64,000 nt of DNA from positions 203-64,202 of the forward strand of contig JAWOCM010000053.1 in the NCBI GenBank assembly GCA_046483795.1, written 5' to 3'. The translations under genes and the position numbers were made by a program. Under the pieces are notes generated by a model, which was given only the letters and a program-made list of their open reading frames with translations, was not told the DNA's origin and did not search any database. Of the stretch, positions 1 to 9,097 are shown piece after piece. Source of the stretch: Desulfuromonadales bacterium. Lineage in GTDB: Bacteria; Desulfobacterota; Desulfuromonadia; Desulfuromonadales; JAWOCM01. Within the stretch, counting starts at the first letter, position 1. Every line of letters begins with the position of its first letter.

Positions 1-244
1 GGTCGGTGGCCAGGGCTCTGCGCAGGCCGTAATGCAGGTTCAGCCCGAGAAAGACGAAAGCCGCCACGCCGGCGATCAGCCCCAGAGAGATCTTGAGCGC
101 AAGGATGCGAGTGAACACGACCGGATAGGTTAATTCCTCGAACCACAACCAGTCGACGATCAGATTGGAAAATCGACCGAACAGGAAAAGAAATAGAAAA
201 ACAACGGCGAGGGTCCAGCCGAAAAGATATCGGGCTTTTTTCAC
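1..244 (-). CDS. UPF0182 family membrane protein, N-terminal fragment (gene continues past the window start)
   Basis: Reverse-strand reading from GTG at 244..242 gives VKKARYLFGWTLAVVFLFLFLFGRFSNLIVDWLWFEELTYPVVFTRILALKISLGL. It has a hydrophobic N-terminus with the DWLWF..Y..VF motif I associate with UPF0182. It is truncated, so it is absent from the ORF track. Confidence 0.55.
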   Translation of the reverse strand, partial: MKKARYLFGWTLAVVFLFLFLFGRFSNLIVDWLWFEELTYPVVFTRILALKISLGLIAGVAAFVFLGLNLHYGLRRALATD

Positions 245-246
245 AT

Positions 247-2322
247 TCACGTCTTTTCTCCTCCCTGGCGCAACGAGGAAAGCAGCTCCTCGAATTCCTC
301 CTCGTTGAGAATTTCGACTTCCTGCTCTCTGGCTTCGTCGATTTTGCTGCCCGGGTCTTCACCCGCCACCACGTAATCCGTGTTTCCGCTGACGCTCGAG
401 GTGGCGCGGGCGCCGAGTTCCTCCACCGTCTGCTCGGCCTCGCTGCGGGTATAATTCTCCAGCGCCCCGGTGAAGACGAAAGATGTCCCCTGCAGCGGCA
501 TCGCACCCTTTTGCTTCGGCATCGACCGGACCCGCACGCCGGCCTTCTGCAGGTCGTCGATCACGTCCTTGTTCTCCTCGAAAAAGCGGGACAGGCTGCG
601 GGCGATTTCGGGTCCGACATCGGCGAGCTGTTCGAAATCGCCTCGATCGGCCTCCATCAGCTTCTCGAAAGTGCCGAAATGACGCGCCAGGGTCTGGGCC
701 ATCCGCTGACCCACGTGACGGATGGAGAGGGCATAGAGAAAGCGGTCGAGGCGCGGCTCGCGGGTTTCGCATATCGCTTCGTAGAGCTGGCGGGCGGATT
801 TCTCGGCGAATCCCTCGAGCTGCTCCAGATCTTCGGGTTCGAGACGGTAAAGGTCGGCCAGCGACGTGACCATCCCCCGCGAGACGAGCTGGTGCGCCGT
901 TTTCTCTCCCAGGTGGTCGATATCGAGCGCTTCGCGCGATCCGTAGTGCTGGATGCGCCCCTGAAGCTGCGCGCGGCAGGACAGCCCGCCGGGGCAGATC
1001 ACGTAGGCCCCCTCGCGCACCACGTCTGTGCCGCAGGAGGGGCACGTCTTCGGCATACTGAACCTGGGGGCGGACTTGTTCGGCCGTTCGACGCGCTCGA
1101 CGACTTCGGGAATCACGTCGCCGGCCCGCTCGATGCGCACATTGTCTCCCTCGCGCAGATCTTTCCTGGCCACCTCCCCTCCGTTGTGCAGTGTAGCGCG
1201 GCTGACGGTCACGCCGCCCACATCGACCGGATCGAGCAGAGCCACCGGCGTGAGAATGCCCGTGGTTCCAACCTGGACGACGATTTTCTCCAGGGTGGTG
1301 ACCTCCTGCTTCGGCTCGAATTTCCAGGCGATCGCCCAGCGCGGCGAGCGATGACGGTACCCGAGGTCCTCCCGCCGCGCGAGATCGTCGACCTTGATCA
1401 CCACACCGTCGATTTCGTAAGACAACTCTTCGCGCTCAGCGCCGATCCGCTCTCGAAATTTTACCACCTCGTCGAAACCGGATACTTTGCGGTTGAAAGG
1501 ATTGGTCTTGAGGCCCCATCTTTCGAAAGCTTCGAGTTCCTCATGGTGACTTTCGAATTCTTCCCCGTCGATCCCAAGGATTTCGTAGAAGAAAATATCG
1601 AGAGGCCAGGGGGCGACAATTTTCGATTCGAGTCGACGCAAAGTTCCGGCACATGCATTACGGGGGTTCGCAAAAGGCTCCTCCCCGTTCTCGACCCGGT
1701 TGCGGTTCAGCTCCTGAAACGCCTCCCTGGGAAGGAAAACCTCTCCGCGCACCGCGAGAAAGTCCGGAGGATTTTCGGCCTGCAGCCGCAGCGGCAGAGA
1801 GCGGACCGTCGCCAGATTGGCCGAGATGTCTTCACCGGTGTACCCGTCTCCGCGGGTGGCGCCGTAATCGAATGCCCCCTTGTCGTATACCACTTCCACC
1901 GAGACGCCATCGAACTTGGGCTCCACGACCCATCTGCTTTTCCGCTCTCCAATTTCGCGGCGGACGAAATCGAAATATTCGCGGATCTCTTTCTCATCAA
2001 GGGCCGCATTGAGACTGAGCATCGGGGCTTTATGTTCGACCCGTTCGAGCTCTCCCGCCGGCGGCGCGCCGACCCGGCGGGTGGGTGACGTTTCGGATCG
2101 CAGATCGGGGAAGGCCTCCTCAAGGTCCTGCAGGCGGGCGAAGAGCTTGTCATAGGTTGCGTCGGAAATGACAGGATCATTTTCCACATAATAGCGTTGG
2201 TCGTGGTATTCGATCCCCTCGCGCAGCGCTTCAACCTCCTCCCGCGCTTCCTTTTTCGAGAGATCGTCGATATTTTTGAAATCGGTTTCTGGGTTCTTTT
2301 TAAAGTCCATGCCAGAGCTCAT
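247..2322 (-). CDS. ligA: NAD-dependent DNA ligase LigA
   Basis: 691-aa ORF with the KxDG adenylation motif (EPKFDGVS), a Cys4 zinc finger (CPSCG...C), HhH repeats and a C-terminal BRCT-like region. The start could also be Met5 (MDFKK). Confidence 0.96.
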   Translation of the reverse strand: MSSGMDFKKNPETDFKNIDDLSKKEAREEVEALREGIEYHDQRYYVENDPVISDATYDKLFARLQDLEEAFPDLRSETSPTRRVGAPPAGELERVEHKAPMLSLNAALDEKEIREYFDFVRREIGERKSRWVVEPKFDGVSVEVVYDKGAFDYGATRGDGYTGEDISANLATVRSLPLRLQAENPPDFLAVRGEVFLPREAFQELNRNRVENGEEPFANPRNACAGTLRRLESKIVAPWPLDIFFYEILGIDGEEFESHHEELEAFERWGLKTNPFNRKVSGFDEVVKFRERIGAEREELSYEIDGVVIKVDDLARREDLGYRHRSPRWAIAWKFEPKQEVTTLEKIVVQVGTTGILTPVALLDPVDVGGVTVSRATLHNGGEVARKDLREGDNVRIERAGDVIPEVVERVERPNKSAPRFSMPKTCPSCGTDVVREGAYVICPGGLSCRAQLQGRIQHYGSREALDIDHLGEKTAHQLVSRGMVTSLADLYRLEPEDLEQLEGFAEKSARQLYEAICETREPRLDRFLYALSIRHVGQRMAQTLARHFGTFEKLMEADRGDFEQLADVGPEIARSLSRFFEENKDVIDDLQKAGVRVRSMPKQKGAMPLQGTSFVFTGALENYTRSEAEQTVEELGARATSSVSGNTDYVVAGEDPGSKIDEAREQEVEILNEEEFEELLSSLRQGGEKT

Positions 2323-4043
2323 CGTTTCAACAGTTTCAACAGATCCGCCACCCGGCGGGTGTTGATCACATCGTCGGGGCCCAGCCAGCCGCGGCGGGCC
2401 TGGTTGATGCCGTACGTCATGTTCTTGAGTCCCTGGGTGGAATGCGCGTCGGTGGCAATCGAGACTTTCACCCCCTTGTCCCGTGCCATGCGGCAGTGGT
2501 GATCGTTCAGATCGAGCCGATCCGGGTGAGCGTTGAGTTCCATATAGCAGCCGCGCTGGAGGGCAGCGTCCATAATTTTATCCATGTCGATGCGGTAGGG
2601 GTCGCGCTCGTTGATGAGGCGGTCGGAGGGATGGCCGAGAATGTTGAAGTTGGGATTATCCATCGCCCTGATAATGCGTTCGGTCATTTTTTCTGCCGAC
2701 AGATTCAATTCGTAATGGACGGAGCAGACGACGATATCGAGTTTTTCAAGCACTTCGTCAGGCAGGTCGAGGGAGCCGTCCTTGAGAATATCGACCTCTA
2801 TTCCCTTTAAAATGCGGAAGTTCGGGTACTCTTCGTTCAGCTTGTCGATCTCGTCGATCTGTTGCTCCAGACGTTTGCGATCGAATCCCCTGGCCATGGC
2901 AACGGCCTGGCTGTGATCGGTGATGGCCAGGTAACTGTAGCCGAGGCTCACGGCCATCTCGACCATATCCTTCATGGAGGCCCGGCCGTCGGTGGCCTTG
3001 GTGTGGGCATGAAGGTCGCCGCGGATCTCTTCCTGCTTGATGAGCCGGGGCAGCTTGTTCTCCCGGGCCGCCTCGACTTCCCCCCTATTCTCCCTCAGTT
3101 CCGGTTCGATAAAGGGCAGGCCGACGGCCTCGAAAACCTTTTTCTCATCGTCTCCTGCGATGCGCTCCTCCTCATCGCCTTTGAATATGCCGTATTCATT
3201 CATCTTGAACCCTTTGTCGATCGCAATCTTGCGCACTGCGATATTGTGCTCCTTCGATCCGGTAAAGTAATAGAGCGCCGCACCGTAACTGACCTGCGGA
3301 ACCACCCTCAGATCGACTTGCAGACCGCCGCGCAGAATCACCGTGGATTTGGTTTTGCCTTTGGCCAGCACCTCGTCGACATCCTCGTAATCCGCGAAGC
3401 GGTCCATCACCGGGCTGTCGCGCCTGCAGGTCACCAGGATGTCGAGATCGCCCACGGTTTCCTTGCGACGGCGATAACTGCCGGCCACCGCCACCTGCTT
3501 TACCCCCTCGACCTCTTCCAGATATTCGACCAGAGGCCCGACCCGCTGTTCCGCTTCGGGAAGCAGGGTCCGCTCCTCGGACTGCTCATGGCGTTCGAGT
3601 TCCTGCAGTATCTTTTCCTCGGTTTTCTTCCCGAATCCCTCCAGCTCCCGCACCTTCTTTTTTTTGGCCGCCTCGGAAAGATCATCGAGAGTGTCTATGC
3701 CGAGTTCCTGATGCAGAGCCGCCACCCGTTTGGGACCGAGTTGAGCGACCTTCATCAATTCGGGGAGTTCGCCGGGCAGTTCGGACTCCAGGTCCTCGAG
3801 CATCTGAAGGGTCCCCGTTTCGACGATCTCCGCGATCTTGCCCGCCAGATCGTCGCCGATGCCCGAAAGTTTCGAGAGGTCTTCGCCTTCTTCGAGCATC
3901 GTCGCCATGCTCTGGGGTTGATCGTCCACGGTCCGGGCGGCGTTCCGATAGGCCCGGACACGGAAAGGATTGGCGTCGCTGATCTCGAGCAGATCGGCGA
4001 CCTGATTGAAGATACGGGAAATGTCTGTGTTATGGATCGGCAT
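2319..4043 (-). CDS. polX: PolX-family DNA polymerase with C-terminal PHP phosphoesterase domain
   Basis: 574 aa. N-terminal HhH/PolX core (GSYRRRKETVGDLDILV) and a C-terminal PHP domain (GDLHAHTKATDG...ATDAHS). The stop overlaps the ligA start (ATGA). Confidence 0.92.
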   Translation of the reverse strand: MPIHNTDISRIFNQVADLLEISDANPFRVRAYRNAARTVDDQPQSMATMLEEGEDLSKLSGIGDDLAGKIAEIVETGTLQMLEDLESELPGELPELMKVAQLGPKRVAALHQELGIDTLDDLSEAAKKKKVRELEGFGKKTEEKILQELERHEQSEERTLLPEAEQRVGPLVEYLEEVEGVKQVAVAGSYRRRKETVGDLDILVTCRRDSPVMDRFADYEDVDEVLAKGKTKSTVILRGGLQVDLRVVPQVSYGAALYYFTGSKEHNIAVRKIAIDKGFKMNEYGIFKGDEEERIAGDDEKKVFEAVGLPFIEPELRENRGEVEAARENKLPRLIKQEEIRGDLHAHTKATDGRASMKDMVEMAVSLGYSYLAITDHSQAVAMARGFDRKRLEQQIDEIDKLNEEYPNFRILKGIEVDILKDGSLDLPDEVLEKLDIVVCSVHYELNLSAEKMTERIIRAMDNPNFNILGHPSDRLINERDPYRIDMDKIMDAALQRGCYMELNAHPDRLDLNDHHCRMARDKGVKVSIATDAHSTQGLKNMTYGINQARRGWLGPDDVINTRRVADLLKLLKR

Positions 4044-4091
4044 GGAGCATCACCTCCTGCGCCGGGCAAGGTGCAATCAGTCCCGCAGGGG

Positions 4092-4634
4092 TCATCCGGT
4101 ATGCGGTTCGATGTCGCGACCGTAAAGTTCCAGTGCGTCCCTGATGATATTCACCGCATCTGCAGGTCCCTGAAGTTCGTCAATGACCACGTCCTTGTGC
4201 TCCAGGGTTTTGTATTCCTCGAAAAATTTGCGCATCTCCGCCATGATGTAGGACGGAAGCTCGCTGTGCTCCCTGAATTCGCAAACAGCCGGATCGTGCA
4301 GATTGACAGCAATGATCTTGTCATCGGCCTTGCCGTCGTCCTGCATCCGCATCACCCCGATTGCCCGCGCTGAAATCAGGGTCATCGGCTGCACCGGCTC
4401 CTGTCCCACCACCAGAACGTCGAGCGGGTCCCCGTCTTCGCAGAAGGTTTGTGGAATGAAGCCGTAATTGACGGGATAGTGAACCGCTCCGTAAAGCACA
4501 CGGTCCAGACGCAGCATCCCGCTGCTCTTGTCGAGCTCATACTTGTTTTTCGAACCGGCGGGAACCTCTATGACCGTCTGGAAACATTCCCCCACCTTGT
4601 CTGCGGTCACTTCGATGTCGTGCCAGGGATGCAT
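4092..4634 (-). CDS. ppa: Inorganic pyrophosphatase (family I)
   Basis: MHPWHDIEV...[16 protein letters not shown]...[21 protein letters not shown] moved the start to ATG 4634, which has an AAGGAAGGA RBS. The 61-aa upstream extension in the track has no PPase similarity. Confidence 0.94.
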   Translation of the reverse strand: MHPWHDIEVTADKVGECFQTVIEVPAGSKNKYELDKSSGMLRLDRVLYGAVHYPVNYGFIPQTFCEDGDPLDVLVVGQEPVQPMTLISARAIGVMRMQDDGKADDKIIAVNLHDPAVCEFREHSELPSYIMAEMRKFFEEYKTLEHKDVVIDELQGPADAVNIIRDALELYGRDIEPHTG

Positions 4635-4888
4635 AAATCCTTCCTTTTTCTCGGCATTGAACGCAGCAGGCCGCGTCAATAGCGGATCCGGTCTCGTTAA
4701 GAGCTTATCCGCCGATGCCGCCATGTCAAGACAAGCCGCCCCGAAGCAAAACCTTGCCGGCGGCATTTGACAGGGCCGCCGATGGTGGTAGAACGGAAAC
4801 TGAAGGATTATCGACATTCAACGGTCTAGATACGGGTCGTCCGCTAACCCTCCGCGGGCAAATCGAAAATTCAGGGAGAGCCGAAGAC

Positions 4889-7285
4889 ATGACGAAGAAC
4901 GACAAGCCGATACGCTGGTTCGACGGCCTCAACAGCGGGGATACGGCCGTGGTCGGAGGCAAAAACGCCTCCCTCGGGGAAATGATCAAAACTCTCAAGT
5001 CCGCGGGCATACGGGTGCCCGACGGCTTTGCCACCACCTCGGCGGCCTACCGGCGGTTTATCGCCGAGAACGAGCTGGAGGAGAAGATCCGCGAGCGCAT
5101 CGGGGAATACCGCAACGGGAACAGATCGTTGGCCAAAGCAGGCGATTCGATCCGCAGGATGATTCGCCGCGGTTCATGGCCGGAAGATATTTCCGGGGAA
5201 ATCGCAGATGCCTACAGGGAGCTTTGCAGACGAAACGCGGAGGAGGAGACGGACGTCGCCGTTCGCAGCAGTGCAACTGCCGAAGATCTGCCTGAAGCGA
5301 GCTTCGCAGGGCAGCAAGAGACATTCCTCAATATCAGCGGTGAAATGGAACTGCTCGACGCCTGCCGCAAATGTTATGCATCACTCTTCACCGACCGGGC
5401 CATCGCCTACCGGGAAAACAATAATTTCGACCATCTGGAGGTGGCGCTCTCGGTGGGGGTGCAGAAAATGGTCCGCTCCGACAAGGCGGGCGCCGGGGTC
5501 ATGTTTTCGATCGACACCGACACCGGCTTCCCAGATGTGGTGCAGATCGACGCCGCCTGGGGCCTGGGAGAGAACGTGGTGCAGGGGACGGTCAATCCGG
5601 ACAGCTACACAGTCTTCAAACCGCTGCTGGAGAACCGCAGCCTCAAGCCGATTTTGAACAGGACGCTCGGCGGAAAAGAGAAGAAGATGGTCTACTCCGG
5701 CTCCTCCGGCCAGACCACCCGCAATACCGAGACCTCGGCCACCGAGCGTCATTCCTTCGTACTCAACGATGACGAGGTTTTGCAACTGGCCCGATGGGCC
5801 GCGGCTATCGAACGCCACTACGAAAAACCGATGGATATCGAGTGGGCCAAAGACGGCGAAAGCGGCGAGCTCTTCATCGTCCAGGCCCGTCCCGAAACGG
5901 TGCAGTCGCGCAAGGAAGCGGGGGTGCTCAAGACCTATACGCTTCGGGAAAAGAGCGAGGTGCTGCTTACCGGTCTGGCCATCGGGGAGGCGATCACCGC
6001 GGGCAAAGCCCAGATCATCAAAAGCGCAGATGAAATCGATCTTTTCGAAGAGGGGAACATCCTGGTCACCGGAGCGACCGATCCCGATTGGGTGCCGATC
6101 ATGAAAAAGGCCGCCGGCATCATCACCGATCACGGTGGGCGCACCTCGCACGCGGCTATCGTCAGCCGGGAACTGGGCATCGCCGCCGTCATCGGAACCG
6201 ACCGGGGAACTCGAGTACTGGAAGATGGCAAGGAGGTGACCCTCAGTTGCGCTGAAGGCTCGGAGGGACGAATCTACAAAGGCATGCTCGACTACGATGA
6301 AGCCGAGGTCAACCTGGAGAATCTGCCCGAGACCCGGACGCAGATCATGATGAATATCGCCAGCCCTGCAGCGGCCTTTCGGTGGTGGCGCCTGCCGAGT
6401 CGGGGAATCGGACTGGCCCGCATGGAATTCATCATCAACAACATCATCGAGGCGCATCCGATGGCCCTGATCAGATACGACGACCTGGAGGACAAGAAGG
6501 CCCGGCGCCGCATTCGGGAGCTGACCCGCAACTACACGGACAAAAGCGAGTACTTCGTCGATCAGCTCTCCCAGGGGATCGCCACCATCGCCGCAAGCCA
6601 GTACCCCGATCCGGTCATCGTGCGCATGAGCGATTTCAAGACGAACGAATACGCCGATCTGGTCGGAGGTGACCAGTTCGAATTCGCTGAAGAGAACCCC
6701 ATGCTCGGATTCCGCGGAGCCTCACGCTATTACAGCGACCACTATCGTGCCGGCTTCGCTCTGGAATGCGCTGCCATCAGGCGGGTACGCGAAGAGATCG
6801 GACTCGACAACGTGGTGGTCATGATCCCCTTCTGCCGAACCCTGAAAGAGGCCGACCGGGTGCTCGATGTCATGGCGGGGGAAGATCTGGTGCGGGGTCG
6901 GAAAGGCCTGGAAATTTATGTGATGGTGGAGATTCCGTCCAACGTGGTTCTTGCCGAACAATTCGCCGAGCGTTTCGATGGATTCTCCATCGGCTCCAAC
7001 GATCTGACTCAGCTCGTCCTGGGGGTCGACCGCGACTCGGAGGTTCTCCAGGAATTGTTCGACGAGCGGGACGAGGCGGTGAAGACCACCATCGCACAGG
7101 TGATCCGTGCCGCCAACAGGGCAGGGACCAAAATCGGCATCTGCGGTCAGGCGCCAAGCGATCACCCTGATTTCGCAGCGTTTCTGGTCGAGGAGGGGAT
7201 CGATTCCATATCCCTCAACCCCGACAGCGTCATCGGTGTGATCCGACGGGTGGCGCAGGTCGAGGAGGAACGAGGGGAGTCATGA
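4889..7285 (+). CDS. ppsA: Phosphoenolpyruvate synthase (pyruvate, water dikinase)
   Basis: 798 aa from MTKNDKPIRWFDGL. ATP-grasp N-domain, phosphohistidine swivel domain (GGRTSHAAIVSRELGIAAV) and a C-terminal PEP-utilising TIM barrel. I chose the start at in-frame ATG 4889. Confidence 0.95.
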   Translation: MTKNDKPIRWFDGLNSGDTAVVGGKNASLGEMIKTLKSAGIRVPDGFATTSAAYRRFIAENELEEKIRERIGEYRNGNRSLAKAGDSIRRMIRRGSWPEDISGEIADAYRELCRRNAEEETDVAVRSSATAEDLPEASFAGQQETFLNISGEMELLDACRKCYASLFTDRAIAYRENNNFDHLEVALSVGVQKMVRSDKAGAGVMFSIDTDTGFPDVVQIDAAWGLGENVVQGTVNPDSYTVFKPLLENRSLKPILNRTLGGKEKKMVYSGSSGQTTRNTETSATERHSFVLNDDEVLQLARWAAAIERHYEKPMDIEWAKDGESGELFIVQARPETVQSRKEAGVLKTYTLREKSEVLLTGLAIGEAITAGKAQIIKSADEIDLFEEGNILVTGATDPDWVPIMKKAAGIITDHGGRTSHAAIVSRELGIAAVIGTDRGTRVLEDGKEVTLSCAEGSEGRIYKGMLDYDEAEVNLENLPETRTQIMMNIASPAAAFRWWRLPSRGIGLARMEFIINNIIEAHPMALIRYDDLEDKKARRRIRELTRNYTDKSEYFVDQLSQGIATIAASQYPDPVIVRMSDFKTNEYADLVGGDQFEFAEENPMLGFRGASRYYSDHYRAGFALECAAIRRVREEIGLDNVVVMIPFCRTLKEADRVLDVMAGEDLVRGRKGLEIYVMVEIPSNVVLAEQFAERFDGFSIGSNDLTQLVLGVDRDSEVLQELFDERDEAVKTTIAQVIRAANRAGTKIGICGQAPSDHPDFAAFLVEEGIDSISLNPDSVIGVIRRVAQVEEERGES

Positions 7286-7307
7286 GCGCCCTGCGCGAAA
7301 CGGAAAA

Positions 7308-7340
7308 AGCCTCGGGGCGACAGGCACCGGGGCTTTTTTA
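7308..7340 (+). terminator. Rho-independent terminator after ppsA
   Basis: AGCCTCGG...CCGGGGCT forms an 8-bp stem (one G-U pair) followed by TTTTTTA. It lies 23 nt after the ppsA stop. Confidence 0.6.
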
Positions 7341-7370
7341 TCGGTCTTGTAACCCAAAAGAAGGTCGTCT

Positions 7371-7478
7371 CAACGCAAAGCCGCAAAGATTGAGAGCATG
7401 GCGAAAAGCTGAAGTAAGTTCAGTTGGATTTCGATCTTCTCTTTGCGTCTTTTCTGGCTTCTTTGCGTCTTTGCGTTG
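7371..7478. repeat. 108-bp inverted-repeat element with CTTTGCG-rich arms
   Basis: Left arm CAACGCAAAGCCGCAAAG (7371..7388) pairs with right arm CTTTGCGTCTTTGCGTTG (7461..7478) at 17 of 18 positions. There is an extra CTTTGCGTC copy at 7439..7447 and an internal CTGAA/TTCAG mini-hairpin. Confidence 0.6.
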
Positions 7479-7527
7479 CAAGCCTTTGTTTTGGCTATAA
7501 GCCCGTGTTTTATCGGAAGAGAAACAA

Positions 7528-8964
7528 TTACAGGGATGACATCTTCTCCTCTTCGGCCTCGGGCTCTTCCCATCCGCCGCCAAGAGCCTTGATCAGAAAG
7601 ACGCTCGTCTCAAGCCTCTGACCGAGAATACGGGCGGACTGTCGCTGGGTCTCCAGCATGATGCGTTCGGCATCGACCACCTCAAGATAGCTGACCATAC
7701 CGGCTCGATAACGTTTGCGGCTGAGTTCCGCTGCTTCTGCGGCTGAATCGACGGCCTTTTTCAGGAAATCGGCCTGCTCCCCCAGATATCGCAGTCCGGA
7801 GAGGCCATCCTCAACCTCGCCGATGGCCTCGAGGACCTGGCTGCGGTAATCGGCCGCCACCTCGTTCCAGGCGGCTTCGGCCCGCTCCAGGTTGGCGCGG
7901 TTGCGGCCGCCGTCGAAGATCGGCAGGGACAGGTTCGGCCCCAGCCCCCAGGTGCGGCTGTCCCAGGAGAAGAGTTCCGAAGCTTCGGAACTCGTGAACC
8001 CTGCGGAACCGGCGAGTCGAATCGCCGGGAAAAACGCCGCTTTAGCTACTCCGATACGGGCATTGGCGGCTGCCATGCGGCGCTCGGCGGCCGCCACGTC
8101 CGGACGCCTCTCGAGAAGGGTGGCCGGCAGAGTCGGAGCGATTGCGGGAGCCTCAATATCGAGGGGCCGGTCTTCGATGATGAAAACCGAGGCCTGCTGC
8201 CCGGTCAGGACAGCCAGGGCATGGACCAGGGCAGACCGGTTACGCGCGACGGCTTTCGCCTCGGCCTCGGCCACCGCCAGCTCCGTTTGAGCCCGATTGA
8301 CGTCGAGTTTCCCCGATTCCCCAGCCTCGAAGCGGCTCCTGACAAGGTCTAGATTCTCCCGCCGCAGTTCAATGGCACGGTGGAGAAGATCAGATTCACT
8401 GTCGAGGGCCCGAAGGGTGAACCAGGTCCGGGCCACCTCCGCCTGCAGGGAAAGGCGGGCGCTTCGGTAATCGGCCAGGCTCGCTTCGGCCTCTGCGGAT
8501 GCGCTTTCAACGGATCGCCGAACCCTCCCCCACAAGTCGACCTCGTAGCCGAGATCGAGCGGGAAGCTGAAGTCGTTGAAGATAATCCCCTCGCTGACCC
8601 CGAATTCCTCGAAGGTTGTCCGGGTGCGCCGGGCCGAAGGATTGAGATCGAGTTGGGGATAGCGCTCGGAGCGGTTTCCGGCCAGCCCCGCCCGGGCCTG
8701 CACCACCCTCGCCATTGCGGCCTGCAGACCGGGATTGTCGGCCATGGCCTGCTCTTCGAGCCGGTCCAGGGCCGGATCCTCGAAAATCGTCCACCATTCT
8801 CCCCGCGGTACGGTGTCCCGCGGCTCGGCCGGTTGCCAGGGACCGCTCTCCTGCCAGGCAGCCGGCATGACAGGTTTGGGCGGATGATAGGTCGGCCCCA
8901 CGGTGCAGGCGGACAGCAGCAAAGTGACCAGGCAGACAAAAGGGATCAGGATTCGAATATTCAT
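7528..8964 (-). CDS. RND efflux outer-membrane lipoprotein, NodT family
   Basis: Start set at MNIRILIPFVCLVTLLLSAC (lipobox). It has two TolC-like repeat halves and is the last gene of the TetR-MFP-RND-OMP string. The track ORF extends 68 aa upstream through the REP element (VGAHPCVRP-type translation). Confidence 0.9.
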   Translation of the reverse strand: MNIRILIPFVCLVTLLLSACTVGPTYHPPKPVMPAAWQESGPWQPAEPRDTVPRGEWWTIFEDPALDRLEEQAMADNPGLQAAMARVVQARAGLAGNRSERYPQLDLNPSARRTRTTFEEFGVSEGIIFNDFSFPLDLGYEVDLWGRVRRSVESASAEAEASLADYRSARLSLQAEVARTWFTLRALDSESDLLHRAIELRRENLDLVRSRFEAGESGKLDVNRAQTELAVAEAEAKAVARNRSALVHALAVLTGQQASVFIIEDRPLDIEAPAIAPTLPATLLERRPDVAAAERRMAAANARIGVAKAAFFPAIRLAGSAGFTSSEASELFSWDSRTWGLGPNLSLPIFDGGRNRANLERAEAAWNEVAADYRSQVLEAIGEVEDGLSGLRYLGEQADFLKKAVDSAAEAAELSRKRYRAGMVSYLEVVDAERIMLETQRQSARILGQRLETSVFLIKALGGGWEEPEAEEEKMSSL

Positions 8965-9013
8965 TGTGTTGGCAGTCCTTGGTCTGAATGACAATACCGA
9001 TGGAATTTCATGC

Positions 9014-9096
9014 GTAGGGGCGGACCCGTGTGTCCGCCCGGTTGCGGGTGGGAAACACCGGTCCAGTGCAGGGCGCACACAGGGGTGCGCCCCTAC
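9014..9096. repeat. REP-like paired-hairpin element, copy A
   Basis: GTAGGGGCGGACCCGTGTGTCCGCCC (9014..9039) and its inverted partner GGGCGCACACAGGGGTGCGCCCCTAC (9071..9096). Each half is itself an 8-bp hairpin. It lies between the RND pump stop (9098) and the OMP start (8964). Confidence 0.8.
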
Positions 9097-9097
9097 A

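Noticed and set aside
4635-4888. 5' extensions of the ppa (to 4817) and ppsA (from 4715) track ORFs, which would overlap each other head-to-head.
   Set aside because: The extensions lack homology and RBSs. The internal ATGs at 4634 and 4889 give full-length proteins with canonical N-termini. The 254 bp is better read as a divergent promoter region.
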